A stretch of DNA of 64,000 nucleotides from Akkermansiaceae bacterium (GCA_031425735.1 JANPJY010000002.1:5692-69691); one strand, 5' to 3'; counted from the first letter of the stretch, positions 9,116-18,958 are shown. Notes: generated from the letters alone by a model not told the origin. Program-made: numbers and translations.

Positions 9116-11788
9116 TCAGTTAGGCTTCTGCACGGGTTCGACCGGCATCAAGGCGGATTCGGTAGGCTCCCCTTCGCCCGCGGCGTTGACCGCTGAAACG
9201 CGGATCCATGCGACTCCGCGCGCCAGTTCATCGGTGAGGAACCATGTCGGATCGTCGCGCACGGCTCCGCGGTTGATGTAAAGGCCGCGCTTGATGTTGG
9301 CCACACGCACGTTGTAGCGCACGGCACCGGTAACCGGTTTCCAGCGGATGGAAACACCTGGTTTCGCCACACCGTCGATGATCTTTTCCCCACGCTCCCA
9401 AGTGAGTCCCTGAGGGGCGGCCAACAGCGGCGGACGAGCCATCGCACGCACCGACTTGCTGCGCCCGCCGGTGCCTGCGGCGGAGACGGCTTCGACGGCA
9501 TACCACCACGAGGTGCCGATTTTCAGGTTTTCATCGCGGTGTGCGGGTTTCTCCACGGTGGCCAGTAGAACTGGTTCCTGGTCGGGGCCGGAAGCACGCC
9601 AGATGCGGTATCCGGTCGCGCCCTCGACCGGCTTCCAAGTGAGGTCGATGCGGGATTCCGCCTCAGCGGTTGTTAGATCGGCGGGCGTCGCGGGCATGTC
9701 CGGCCCGGGCGTCGCGGAGACGGGTAGGCACGGCGGGCTTTCGCCGCCGCGGTTGCGTGCGGTCACCTGCCAGCGGTAGCGTTTTCCGTCGGTGACCTTG
9801 GTGTCCTGCCATTGGGTGGCGGTGGTGTTTTCGATTAACTCAAATGATCCGTCGCCCTCGGCGCGGTATATGGCGTGGGACTCCGGCTCGCCGGGACCTG
9901 CGGACCATTCCAACGTCACGCGGCCTTTGGCGGGCTTAGCTGTTAGGCCGACCGGCCGGGCCGGGCCGTCGTGGTGGGTGATGGTGAAGTCCTTCAAGTC
10001 GTAAAGGTGGGTGCGGCCATCGATGCTGACAGTGAGTGTGCAGGGCTGCTCCGGATCCTGCTGATAGGGCTGGGACATCCACGGGTTGGAGAGAAACGGT
10101 TTTTCCTCCACTTTCACCGGGCTGCCATTGACGACGGCTGAGCTGCCGATCGTCCGTTGTAGCACGCCGCCGCCGAGGCTGCGGTATTCGGCGGAGCCGT
10201 CAGTGGCTGTTAGACGGGTTTTGGCACGGACCTTTTCGCGGAACCAGGCGAGGCGCTCGGCGGGAGTGGAGCCCTTGGCATCGGCGGGAGGCATGGTGTC
10301 GATGGCCACGGCGAGCGGGCCCGAGGTAATGCGGTAAAAACCATCCACCGGCGTGGTGTCGCCGGGCTTGCGCACTTTGGGTTTAGTCACATGATCGAGC
10401 TGGATCGGATCGTCCGGATTCCAGTTGAAGGGTGAGGGAGTCGTGATGGCGATCAGCACGCCGTGGTATGCGAGATAGAGCCGGCCGTCCTTGGCGCTGT
10501 CATCAATCATCGCCAACCGGTTGGCTGGCACGTTGCCCTTGATCCACGGAAACGCCTCGCCTTCTTCGAGCTTGGCCACAAAGAGCAGCGAACGTTCATG
10601 ATGCACATACTCCGCACCAATTTCTGGGCTGCCGTGGGTGTGGCCGGTTCCTCCTGTCGGCACTGTGACCCACAAGCAACTGGTGACCTTTGGCTCGGGG
10701 TCAACCCACATGACTCCGTTGCCATAAATCTGCAACTCCTGAAGGCGGGTGCGGGGCGCTGTCATTTGGGCGTAAACCGCATACGTCGGCTCCATCCAGG
10801 TGGTTTGGAGAAAGCCGGTTGGTTCAATGCGGATATCTGGATCATCATCCTTGTTCCACGAGGCGCGGGTAACTGCTTCATAGGGGCGGTTCCTGCGATT
10901 GGCGATTTCCGTGAGATAGCCAGGCGGGCGGTAGGCCATGGCGGCTCCGGCCATGCCGTTGGTACTGCCGTCATCGGGTAGTCCGCCGAAATAAGTCCAT
11001 AGGAAGTTGATGCCGCCGCGGGTGCTTTGGTTCATCGTGTCGGTATAGCTCCGCTGCGTGGCCGTCGCCCAGTGGCCTTGCAGCCATGTGGGGGAAACGG
11101 TGGCGAGATAGGCCTCGTAAACGACCGCCGCTCTGCGAGCCAGGTCCTTGTCCGCCGTTTGATCGGCGAGGCACAAGAGCGGTAGCGCATTCAGGCCGCC
11201 GTACGGACGGGAGCCGAACTCTGGCATGCCGGTTCGTGCGATGCGGTGAATTGAGCGGCGCAGATACTTCGACCGGTCCGGATCATCGGCGGGCGCGTAT
11301 CCCTGCGGGAGTTCATCTGGTTTCAGGCCGAGGTTGCTGAGATACCAGGTGACTGATCCGGTCATCCGCAGGTTGGTGGTGGCGTAGTTGTTAGGAAAGG
11401 GGTCGAGATTGTAGGAATAAGTCGAACGCGCGCGGACAAGATCCTTCCATTTCTGCTGGTGGGCTTCGTCGTAGAGATGTCCGTAATGGAGCCAGAGATG
11501 AGCGAGACCGTAGGACAGGAAGGGGTGCCCTTGGTTCGCGGGCGGAGTGCAGTCGAGTAACTCGTAGACGAGGCGCAGGCCTTCTTCATTCTCGCCGCGC
11601 CGCAGATGCCAAAGCGCCAGCCATGGAAACGCGATGTTCTGGGTTTTCGGCCGCGCTTGAGCCAGCGCCGCCGCATAGGTCTTCTGTGCGCGATCCTCCA
11701 TCGCGGCACGGTGGTCCTGGGCGGAAACCGGAAGCAATCCAGCGAGAAGCACCACCATCGCAGCTGGCTTGATGCATCGACTGATCAT
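9116..11788 (-). CDS. Secreted protein of unknown family with three C-terminal FN3 domains, paralog of 7170..9047
   Basis: Start chosen at the internal ATG (MISRCIKPAAMVVLLAGLLPVSAQ), which gives a signal peptide. Conserved block RPYGGLNALPLLCLADQTADKDLA. Three FN3-like repeats sit in the last ~290 aa (VTLEWSAGPG.., IDLTWKPVEGATGYRIW.., VSIRWKPVTGAVRYNV..). Confidence 0.8.
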   Translation of the reverse strand: MISRCIKPAAMVVLLAGLLPVSAQDHRAAMEDRAQKTYAAALAQARPKTQNIAFPWLALWHLRRGENEEGLRLVYELLDCTPPANQGHPFLSYGLAHLWLHYGHLYDEAHQQKWKDLVRARSTYSYNLDPFPNNYATTNLRMTGSVTWYLSNLGLKPDELPQGYAPADDPDRSKYLRRSIHRIARTGMPEFGSRPYGGLNALPLLCLADQTADKDLARRAAVVYEAYLATVSPTWLQGHWATATQRSYTDTMNQSTRGGINFLWTYFGGLPDDGSTNGMAGAAMAYRPPGYLTEIANRRNRPYEAVTRASWNKDDDPDIRIEPTGFLQTTWMEPTYAVYAQMTAPRTRLQELQIYGNGVMWVDPEPKVTSCLWVTVPTGGTGHTHGSPEIGAEYVHHERSLLFVAKLEEGEAFPWIKGNVPANRLAMIDDSAKDGRLYLAYHGVLIAITTPSPFNWNPDDPIQLDHVTKPKVRKPGDTTPVDGFYRITSGPLAVAIDTMPPADAKGSTPAERLAWFREKVRAKTRLTATDGSAEYRSLGGGVLQRTIGSSAVVNGSPVKVEEKPFLSNPWMSQPYQQDPEQPCTLTVSIDGRTHLYDLKDFTITHHDGPARPVGLTAKPAKGRVTLEWSAGPGEPESHAIYRAEGDGSFELIENTTATQWQDTKVTDGKRYRWQVTARNRGGESPPCLPVSATPGPDMPATPADLTTAEAESRIDLTWKPVEGATGYRIWRASGPDQEPVLLATVEKPAHRDENLKIGTSWWYAVEAVSAAGTGGRSKSVRAMARPPLLAAPQGLTWERGEKIIDGVAKPGVSIRWKPVTGAVRYNVRVANIKRGLYINRGAVRDDPTWFLTDELARGVAWIRVSAVNAAGEGEPTESALMPVEPVQKPN

Positions 11789-12258
11789 GAAAGCGAAGGG
11801 GGGGTGATGGGCGGGTTTCAGGTTATCGGTTGATTTCGGAACAGGTGGTATCATTTTTTTATATAGTAAAGGTGCATCATAAATCTCTCATCATAGTCAC
11901 TTCGCTGAAATCTGTTAGGAATGGCTCTCAGCTTTCATGCTTCAATTCCAGTATAATGATCGTGTTGCCTCAGGCAGGGTGGGGTTGATTTGACTAAAGC
12001 GATGTGGCTTGGTTGCATTTTATCAATACCGGCAAGCGTTACAGCTTCATGCATGGGGTTTTTAGGTTTTTGATATTAGATTGTAGATTTTGCTATTTTG
12101 CTTTGATATTAAACGGTTTCGATGTTGTTTAACTTGATGAAAGTCGCTGACTTCCATCCTTTGGAAAAAATCTGAACCCACAGGTGGCGACATTTAGTAA
12201 GCTTGTGAAGAACAGTGAGCTGTATATTTTCACCAAAACCCTAAGCCCCCAAAACCCA

Positions 12259-15200
12259 ATGAAATTTTTAATCGCTTCATGCGTCAAGTTAGAGCGCAGA
12301 GTCGAGCGGGGTTTCGCCCTGATCGTGACGCTTTCTCTAATGATGCTGCTGTGCGTGATTATATTAAGTTTTCTCAGCTTGAGCTCGGGCTCATTGCGTG
12401 AGTCCTCCTCCTCGATGGCGACGAACAACGCGCGTGCAAACGCGCGGCTCTCGCTGCAACTAGCCATCGGCCAGTTGCAATCGCTGGCTGGCCCGGACAC
12501 GCGCATCACCGCGCCGCGTGTGCCGGAAAATCTAACAGATCCGCTAGATTCCGTGACTCCGGCCATGGGCGTGTGGCGCAGTTGGGAGGGATCGGACCAC
12601 GATAGTAACGGCAGGCCGAAAGCGCCGGACTATAATGCGAAGAGGCAAGTTGGCGACCCCGCCGCTTCGGCAGATGCCGCGGGCAGTGGACGTTTTCTCG
12701 GCTGGCTGACATCTACTGGAGCGGGGACGACACCGGATCCTCGGTCCGTTCCCGGCCTTTTCAGCGAACCAGCGAGCGGACTCATACCACTCGTCTCATC
12801 CCATAGCGTGAAAGAGCCCAAACGCCGGGTATTCGTAGAACCCACGTTAGTCAACGACTCGGCTGGAGCCATCGCGTGGTGGACCAGTGGTGAAAACACC
12901 AAGGCCAATGTCGCCCCAGATCCTAAGCCGTCCGATTCCTCGATGACCGATTGGCAGCAGTATGCACGCGCCCACGCTGTGCCCTCGCCGAAGGACTTCG
13001 GGTTTACGGCATCGCTAAAATCCCAGGCGGTTTCCACAGATACACTCGAACTTATGGCTGATGACAGCGTGGCTGCGGCTGGCAATTTTCATGATCTAAC
13101 AGTGTGGTCGTCCGGTTTGCTGACCAATGCCGCCAATGGTGGATGGAAGCGCGATCTTTCATTAATGACTGAAAAATGGGACGAACTACCCTCCACCAAT
13201 CTCCCGTTTTTCACTCTCAAGCCTGGCTCGAATCTCCGCTACTCCAAAGCCGCGCCACCGCAGACAACCCCATCCACTCATCCAGTTAACCCGCTGCTTT
13301 ACTGGTGGTCCCAATACGCGGGGCAACCGAACTTTGATACCAATCGGCAAATCCCGCCCATTGTCAGTTGGGATTATCTGCGCAATGCCTGCGTCCAATA
13401 CCGCTCACTCATAAATATCAACCCCTCCCAAGGGCAGGTGGGCATGCCGTGGGCGAAGGAAAGCTTCTGGAAAGATCCCGGTGGCGCTCAAAGGGCGTAT
13501 CGCTACGAGTTTCTTGATCAGCCACGCCGCTGGCCAGCATTCAGCCGCGTCCATTTCACGTTCTCTTACGCTTCCGTGCGAGATCCTCTGGATCCCGGCA
13601 AACTCATACCAGGCCTTGTCCTAACCCCGGTAGTTGTCCTGTGGAATCCCTACAACGTCCGAATCACCATTGCTAGCCCGAATTATTATAGGATTCATTA
13701 TGGCAATAGAATCTCACCTATCCAATTCCAATTCACTGTTGGCGCGGAAACACCCTATCCAGTCCGCGATCTCCAGACAATTAATAGTCAACAGACAAGT
13801 ACCATCGACAACTCGATGCAATTGCACGGAAGCACAGGCGCATCGCCCATACCCATAACCTTGAATCCCGGTGAAACCCGTGTCTTTAGCCTGAGTCACA
13901 ATGATATTCGTCGTCCAAGTGGTGCCATGATGCTCTATCCGGGCTACCGGCTGGAGAGCGGTTTATTGTTCACCCGGCTCAAAACGGCGGGAGCCGAGGA
14001 ATCCTTCCCACCGAACACAGAATTCAAAGTGGATCTGACCTTTTTGCAGAATGCCAATACGGGGGACGGACTTGGTTCGTGGTGGTCCCAAGGCCGCGAC
14101 AATACCCAACATGGCCAACGCGCCAGCCGCCAATACATCACATTTAGTCCAACAATCGCAAGGGCATTATGGCAACCCATTTCCGCGGAGGACCTGGGGG
14201 GGCCTGTGACACTATCCCAAGTCGAGGGAAATAGTCAACATCGCAAGTTTATAACCTGCGTGATAGGCCACCGCACAGCCAACGATACCATGATGCCCGG
14301 CAAGGGCTATTTGCAGGCCAATCCGCTCAACTACTACAATGATCTCAGGAGCGTAAACGATCTGGGCGTCACGGGGCGCGAACTAGGAGCCGGCATTAGG
14401 CACCCCGTGAACTCCAGCCTCGACATACAGTTCATTCACGGTGCGCAAAACAGTGAAGATCTGGCCATTGATATATCCACCAACCGCGGCTACGTCGTCG
14501 GCGGCATCGATGGCGCGTCCGGACTAACCAACTGCGTATCGGCCGAAATCCCCACGCGCCCCATCCAGAGCCTTGTCGATCTTCAGCACTTCGATCTGCG
14601 CAACTGCAATCCCGTGCCGCCATTCCAATTTAATATTTTCGGCAATAGCCATGCACTCCCCTTGCTGCCGCCCAATGCGGTAGTGCGGCCCGATTTTCCC
14701 GATGCAACGCGCCTGCAGTACGACGACTCCTACTGCCTGAACCACACATTTTTTGATGATTGGTTCGTCTCTTCCATTGCCCCAGACATCAGGGACTGGA
14801 CCAATCAAAACGAGCGCAGTTTGGAGAGCGTTTATAAGGATTTCCTGGCCAATTCCAAAGATTCGACTAGCGGCACACCTTTGCCAAATTCCATGTACCG
14901 GCCAACATTGGAAGCCCCTGGTCCGGACATTGCCACGGCATACGACCGTGACGTGAGGCCCGCCGATTCCTACCGTCACATTGCCGCAAAACTTACCGTC
15001 GATGGGATGTTCAACGTCAACAGCGTCTCGGTAAAGGCATGGAAAGCGTTGTTAGGCCATGCACTTGGCCAGCGCCAACCCTACCTTGCTGATGACGGCG
15101 CAAGTTGGCAAGCCAAGCTGGCTCCCGAGCGGGATCATGTTGTAAGCCGCATGAGTGTCGCTGGTGCCGGTGCCGTCGGTCTCGATGCGCCGCCCCAAGG

Positions 15201-15876
15201 AGTCTCCAGCATTGCGATGGGATTCTCAGGGCACCGTGTGCTCACTGATCAGCAAATCGAGGCGTTGGCAGGTGAAATCGTAACCCAGATCCGCCGCCGC
15301 GGTCCCTTTCTCTCGCTTTCTGAATTCATCAACCGGCGGCTTACCGATTCTGCTAGCGAAAAAGACCTCGCGCTTGGCGGCGCGGTGGAGGCAGCCCTCG
15401 CTGCGCTTGCCGCCCGCGGCCCGACTGATCCGGAAAATCCATACGGTACTCTTCAATTAAACTCTAAACGCATCACGGAGGCAGTCGTTAATGCTATTCC
15501 TGAAATAGCTGAGGCCAAGTACCTTTTCCCTGAAGCCGCCTTGGGCTGGACTGCTTATGGCTTGCCGGGCTGGATCCGCCAAGCCGACATCCTCCGGCCG
15601 CTTGCCCCGGTCCTATCCGTCCGCGACGATACTTTCGTCATCCGTGCTTACGGTGATGCGCGCGACAAGAATGGCAGGGTTACCGCCCGCGCATGGTGCG
15701 AAGCCACCGTGCAGCGCGTCGCTGGTTACGTAGATTCGCGCGATGCTGACACGGACATTCCCGTTGTCGGAACCGACTCGGCCAATGATCAGTTTCTTCA
15801 GGCTCAGATCAACGCCCGTTTCGGCCGTGAGTTCCGTCTCATCTCCTTCCGTTGGCTAAATCCCCGTGAAATCTAA
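12259..15876 (+). CDS. Giant GspK/PilX-like minor pseudopilin (possibly Verru_Chthon cassette protein A family)
   Basis: Start chosen at the internal ATG (MKFLIAS..). The N-terminus RRVERGFALIVTLSLMMLL is a prepilin-like hydrophobic helix lacking Glu+5, as in GspK. The C-terminal part has a GspK-like segment LTDQQIEALAGEIVTQIRRRGPFLSLSEFINRRL and ends DDTFVIRAYGDARD. Confidence 0.6.
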   Translation: MKFLIASCVKLERRVERGFALIVTLSLMMLLCVIILSFLSLSSGSLRESSSSMATNNARANARLSLQLAIGQLQSLAGPDTRITAPRVPENLTDPLDSVTPAMGVWRSWEGSDHDSNGRPKAPDYNAKRQVGDPAASADAAGSGRFLGWLTSTGAGTTPDPRSVPGLFSEPASGLIPLVSSHSVKEPKRRVFVEPTLVNDSAGAIAWWTSGENTKANVAPDPKPSDSSMTDWQQYARAHAVPSPKDFGFTASLKSQAVSTDTLELMADDSVAAAGNFHDLTVWSSGLLTNAANGGWKRDLSLMTEKWDELPSTNLPFFTLKPGSNLRYSKAAPPQTTPSTHPVNPLLYWWSQYAGQPNFDTNRQIPPIVSWDYLRNACVQYRSLININPSQGQVGMPWAKESFWKDPGGAQRAYRYEFLDQPRRWPAFSRVHFTFSYASVRDPLDPGKLIPGLVLTPVVVLWNPYNVRITIASPNYYRIHYGNRISPIQFQFTVGAETPYPVRDLQTINSQQTSTIDNSMQLHGSTGASPIPITLNPGETRVFSLSHNDIRRPSGAMMLYPGYRLESGLLFTRLKTAGAEESFPPNTEFKVDLTFLQNANTGDGLGSWWSQGRDNTQHGQRASRQYITFSPTIARALWQPISAEDLGGPVTLSQVEGNSQHRKFITCVIGHRTANDTMMPGKGYLQANPLNYYNDLRSVNDLGVTGRELGAGIRHPVNSSLDIQFIHGAQNSEDLAIDISTNRGYVVGGIDGASGLTNCVSAEIPTRPIQSLVDLQHFDLRNCNPVPPFQFNIFGNSHALPLLPPNAVVRPDFPDATRLQYDDSYCLNHTFFDDWFVSSIAPDIRDWTNQNERSLESVYKDFLANSKDSTSGTPLPNSMYRPTLEAPGPDIATAYDRDVRPADSYRHIAAKLTVDGMFNVNSVSVKAWKALLGHALGQRQPYLADDGASWQAKLAPERDHVVSRMSVAGAGAVGLDAPPQGVSSIAMGFSGHRVLTDQQIEALAGEIVTQIRRRGPFLSLSEFINRRLTDSASEKDLALGGAVEAALAALAARGPTDPENPYGTLQLNSKRITEAVVNAIPEIAEAKYLFPEAALGWTAYGLPGWIRQADILRPLAPVLSVRDDTFVIRAYGDARDKNGRVTARAWCEATVQRVAGYVDSRDADTDIPVVGTDSANDQFLQAQINARFGREFRLISFRWLNPREI

Positions 15877-15893
15877 CACACCCACTGCACTTT

Positions 15894-16586
15894 ATGACCC
15901 ATCTCCGGAAAACCCTAGTCCTTCTTTGGACCATTGCCGCCCTCGCGCCGATCACCGCTTATTCTCAAAAGGCGTCTGACCGCAGCGTCCGCTGCGTTTT
16001 TTTTAAGCGCCCTGTGGAGATCTCAAAGACCGCAGTGCTGGTCCATGCCGGCGGCAGCACCCCGATTTCTCTTCCCCCTATGAATTTATCGGATCCAGCT
16101 GCGCTACCCGCCGGTGACCTTGTTATGGCGGTGCTGCCAAATCCCCCTGCCGTAGGTAGCCCGATCCCGCCCGGCGCACCCACAGTGAAAATTCCCGCAG
16201 CTTGGTCACGGGTTTTGCTCCTGTTCTTTCCCGATCCCGCAAACAAGGTTTTTCCCGTAAAAGTGTTACCTTATGATGGATCGATAGACTCTTTCAAACC
16301 CGGGGAGATGTTTTGCCTGAACCTTTCCAATGCGACAGTTGGAGGCACCCTGGGTGAGGTGAAATTCAAGGTCAGCCCCGGCAAAACCGCTGTCCTGCAG
16401 GCACCTCTCCGCCAAGCTGGAGCTTACCCCGTGGCGATCGATTGCCTGCTCGAAGGGGAAACCAGCCTGCGTCCGCTCTGCCGCACCGTCTGGCGGAATG
16501 ACATGAAAATCCGCAAGATCCTCTTCATTGTGAATGCCGACGACCGACCGGCGCCGCGAATCTGGTCGGTCATAGAATACCTGTAA
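15894..16586 (+). CDS. Secreted protein of unknown function, co-oriented 17 nt downstream of the giant pseudopilin gene
   Basis: 230-aa ORF with a signal peptide (LVLLWTIAALAPITAYSQ). No motif was recognised. Confidence 0.55.
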   Translation: MTHLRKTLVLLWTIAALAPITAYSQKASDRSVRCVFFKRPVEISKTAVLVHAGGSTPISLPPMNLSDPAALPAGDLVMAVLPNPPAVGSPIPPGAPTVKIPAAWSRVLLLFFPDPANKVFPVKVLPYDGSIDSFKPGEMFCLNLSNATVGGTLGEVKFKVSPGKTAVLQAPLRQAGAYPVAIDCLLEGETSLRPLCRTVWRNDMKIRKILFIVNADDRPAPRIWSVIEYL

Positions 16587-16840
16587 CCGCCGCCGACTGA
16601 TCACCAATAAAACGAATTATGCTCCATTCGAAGAAATGTTCCCTGTTTTCCCGTGATGTTGGCTCCTCGAGAAGGGTAAATGAATGATGGGAAGGCTTTT
16701 CGGAACAGATGGGGAGACACACGTCCCATGCATCTCGCTCGGATAACAAGTATCACCCCGTCTCTCCGCTGGGAGCGCCGACGCCCTCGTCGGCATTTAA
16801 TGATTATTGGCCCTCCCTTTTTGCTACTTTTAAAAAATGT

Positions 16841-16877
16841 TTGACGATATTCGTATGTGGACATAATTTGTCCACAT
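16841..16877 (+). promoter_or_regulatory. Putative promoter plus palindromic operator of the TA operon
   Basis: TTGACG lies at 16841-16846 and CATAAT at 16862-16867. The perfect 9-bp inverted repeat atgtggaca-taatt-tgtccacat (16855..16877) ends 1 nt before the antitoxin ATG. Confidence 0.45.
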
Positions 16878-16878
16878 C

Positions 16879-17136
16879 ATGAAAACCGTCACAGTGCGAG
16901 ATTTGCGTAACTCTTTTCCAAAGCTTGAGGCGTGGCTTACGGAAGGTGAAACCATTTGTATAGAAAGGCGCGGGCAGCCGATTGGATTGCTTAGTGCATG
17001 GCAACCCCAAGCCACCGAACAAGCCGCGAAACCGGATTTCCAAGCGCGTCGACGGGCGATCTGGGGAGGGCGTGTGTTTTCAGAGGCAGAAGTAGCTGCC
17101 ATGCGCGCGTATGAACTTGAAGGAGAAGAAGGATGA
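16879..17136 (+). CDS. vapB: Type II antitoxin (Phd/YefM-like, VapB role)
   Basis: 85 aa. N-terminus is MKTVTVRDLRNSFPKLEAWL..GETICIERRGQP. It has a 4-nt ATGA overlap with the PIN gene. Confidence 0.7.
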   Translation: MKTVTVRDLRNSFPKLEAWLTEGETICIERRGQPIGLLSAWQPQATEQAAKPDFQARRRAIWGGRVFSEAEVAAMRAYELEGEEG

Positions 17137-17585
17137 TCTGTTTTCCTGACACTTCGTTCTTGTGCGCTCTGTATCGCACTCAAGTGAATTCATCATTGGC
17201 GGATCGCTACATACATAAGCTTCGTGGAAGTCTTACGGTTTCGTCTCTGCTTTTGCTAGAATTTCGTCAATCCGTGCGACTTCAAACGCGGCTACATTTA
17301 AACGACAAGAGCAAAGGTTTCACGCAGGAGGAAGGACAGCACATGCTCAATGACATACAGATCGATCTCAATGCGGGTCTTCTCACGGTCACTCCAGCCG
17401 ATTGGGCGGCAGTGCATCAACGGTCTGAGGTGTTGAGTCACGCATACACCGTCACGGAAGGTCATCGTTTGGCGGATATCCTTCATGTCGCAACAGCACT
17501 TCAACTAGGCGCAAATGAATTTCTAACGTTCGATGCCAATCAGAAAAAATTGGCCCAAGCCGAGGGGCTGGTTGTGCCTTTGTGA
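17133..17585 (+). CDS. vapC: PIN-domain toxin VapC
   Basis: 150 aa. The acidic PIN residues are in the usual order (FPDTSFL, LLLEFRQS, LADILHVA, LTFDANQ). Confidence 0.75.
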   Translation: MICFPDTSFLCALYRTQVNSSLADRYIHKLRGSLTVSSLLLLEFRQSVRLQTRLHLNDKSKGFTQEEGQHMLNDIQIDLNAGLLTVTPADWAAVHQRSEVLSHAYTVTEGHRLADILHVATALQLGANEFLTFDANQKKLAQAEGLVVPL

Positions 17586-17596
17586 TGGAGCGGTTC

Positions 17597-18958
17597 TCAA
17601 ATATCAAACTCCACACCCGGCTCGGGAATAATCACTTCGGTGCCAGGTAAGCGGGTTTCTAGTTCTTGTTTGAACCACGCCATCGCTCCTTCATCGCCGT
17701 GGACGAGGAAAATTTTCTTTGGCTTCACGCGGACTGCGAAGTCGGCAATCGCGTCGCGGGTGGAGTGGCCTGAGAAATCGAAAATGCGCACTTCGCAGTT
17801 GAGTTTCACGGGTGGGTAAGCGGAATCGAGCTCGACCATATCGCCGGGTTTCGCGGCGCGGATTTTTCCACCGGGAGTTTCTGAATCTGCGTAACCCACA
17901 AAGAACAATCCGTGCTTTTTATTCTCCAGCACACCTTGGCGGGCGAAATTGTTAGAAACGGTTTTTTCACTCATCATTCCGCTGGAGAGCGCGTAGATGC
18001 AGCCGTTGTTGAAAGGGATGGGGCCGACCCGCTTCTTATTGCCGCCGGCTAATTCCATGTCGTTGAGGAATTTGAAGCCACGGCGATGGCGACGCGAGAC
18101 GTCGGAAAATTTATCGTAAATCGTGGTCATCTTGGTGCTGAGTCCGCCGATGTAAACCGGTACTTTCTCATCGATGAGTCCTTCTTCTTTAAAGCGCTGG
18201 AGCATCGCTAAAACCTCTTGGGTTTTTCCCATAGCGAACACGGGAATCAACGCCGATCCGCCACGTTTCAACACCCGCTTGATCGCCTCAGCGAATTCGT
18301 TTTCCTCCTCGCGGCGGGAGTAATCCGCGCGTCGTGCTTGTTCGCCACGGGTCGTTTCCACGATCAGTACATCGACTTGCTCTTCCGGAAATACCGCGCC
18401 TTTTTGCAGGGTGCTGTCTTCGAAATTTACGTCTCCCGTGTAGAAAACTTTTTTCCCTTCCGCCTCAAACATCACGCCCACTGAGCCCATGATATGGCCG
18501 GCGTCGTAAAATTCCGCTTTGAGTTTTCCCTTATCATCGACATCGAATTTCCGCCCGACATTGCGGCGCTCAAAAATACCTTTCATGCGATCCAGTTGAC
18601 CGTGCACGAAAAAGGGATATTCGGTAATCCCTAGCTCGGTGCGTTTGCTTTCCATCACGTTGACGGAATTGTGCAGCATCGCGCAGGCAAGCTCTGCGGT
18701 TTCTGGGGAGAGAAACACTTTCGCACGTCTCTGGCGCTCCACGCAAACCGGCAGGGTGCCGACGTGATCCAAGTGCGAATGGGTAACGAAAATTGCGTCT
18801 GCGGTATCGTCTTCGACAAGGTCGTAGCGCGGTTGTGCGGTCATGCCTTCTTCTTTCGGATGCATTCCGGCATCGAGAATCACTCTTACCCCGTCCGCAT
18901 CCAGCAAATAGGAATTTGCCCCGATCCCGACGTCTCTACAGATACTTTTGAAAATCAT
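17597..18958 (-). CDS. MBL-fold beta-CASP ribonuclease-like hydrolase
   Basis: Motif THSHLDHVGTLP, with beta-CASP-like middle and C-terminal regions. Start moved to MIFKSICRDVG. Confidence 0.75.
   Translation of the reverse strand: MIFKSICRDVGIGANSYLLDADGVRVILDAGMHPKEEGMTAQPRYDLVEDDTADAIFVTHSHLDHVGTLPVCVERQRRAKVFLSPETAELACAMLHNSVNVMESKRTELGITEYPFFVHGQLDRMKGIFERRNVGRKFDVDDKGKLKAEFYDAGHIMGSVGVMFEAEGKKVFYTGDVNFEDSTLQKGAVFPEEQVDVLIVETTRGEQARRADYSRREEENEFAEAIKRVLKRGGSALIPVFAMGKTQEVLAMLQRFKEEGLIDEKVPVYIGGLSTKMTTIYDKFSDVSRRHRRGFKFLNDMELAGGNKKRVGPIPFNNGCIYALSSGMMSEKTVSNNFARQGVLENKKHGLFFVGYADSETPGGKIRAAKPGDMVELDSAYPPVKLNCEVRIFDFSGHSTRDAIADFAVRVKPKKIFLVHGDEGAMAWFKQELETRLPGTEVIIPEPGVEFDI

Noticed and set aside
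12078-12100. A third occurrence of the ttgtagatt.tgc string seen at 2079 and 7005.
   Set aside because: Only about 12 nt match, in an AT-rich region. That is too short to distinguish from chance.
16601-16864. An 87-aa minus-strand ORF (and 16804..17183 ORFs) between the pseudopilin module and the TA pair.
   Set aside because: It is Arg-rich with odd composition and overlaps the TA promoter/operator and the antitoxin gene. No supporting features were seen.
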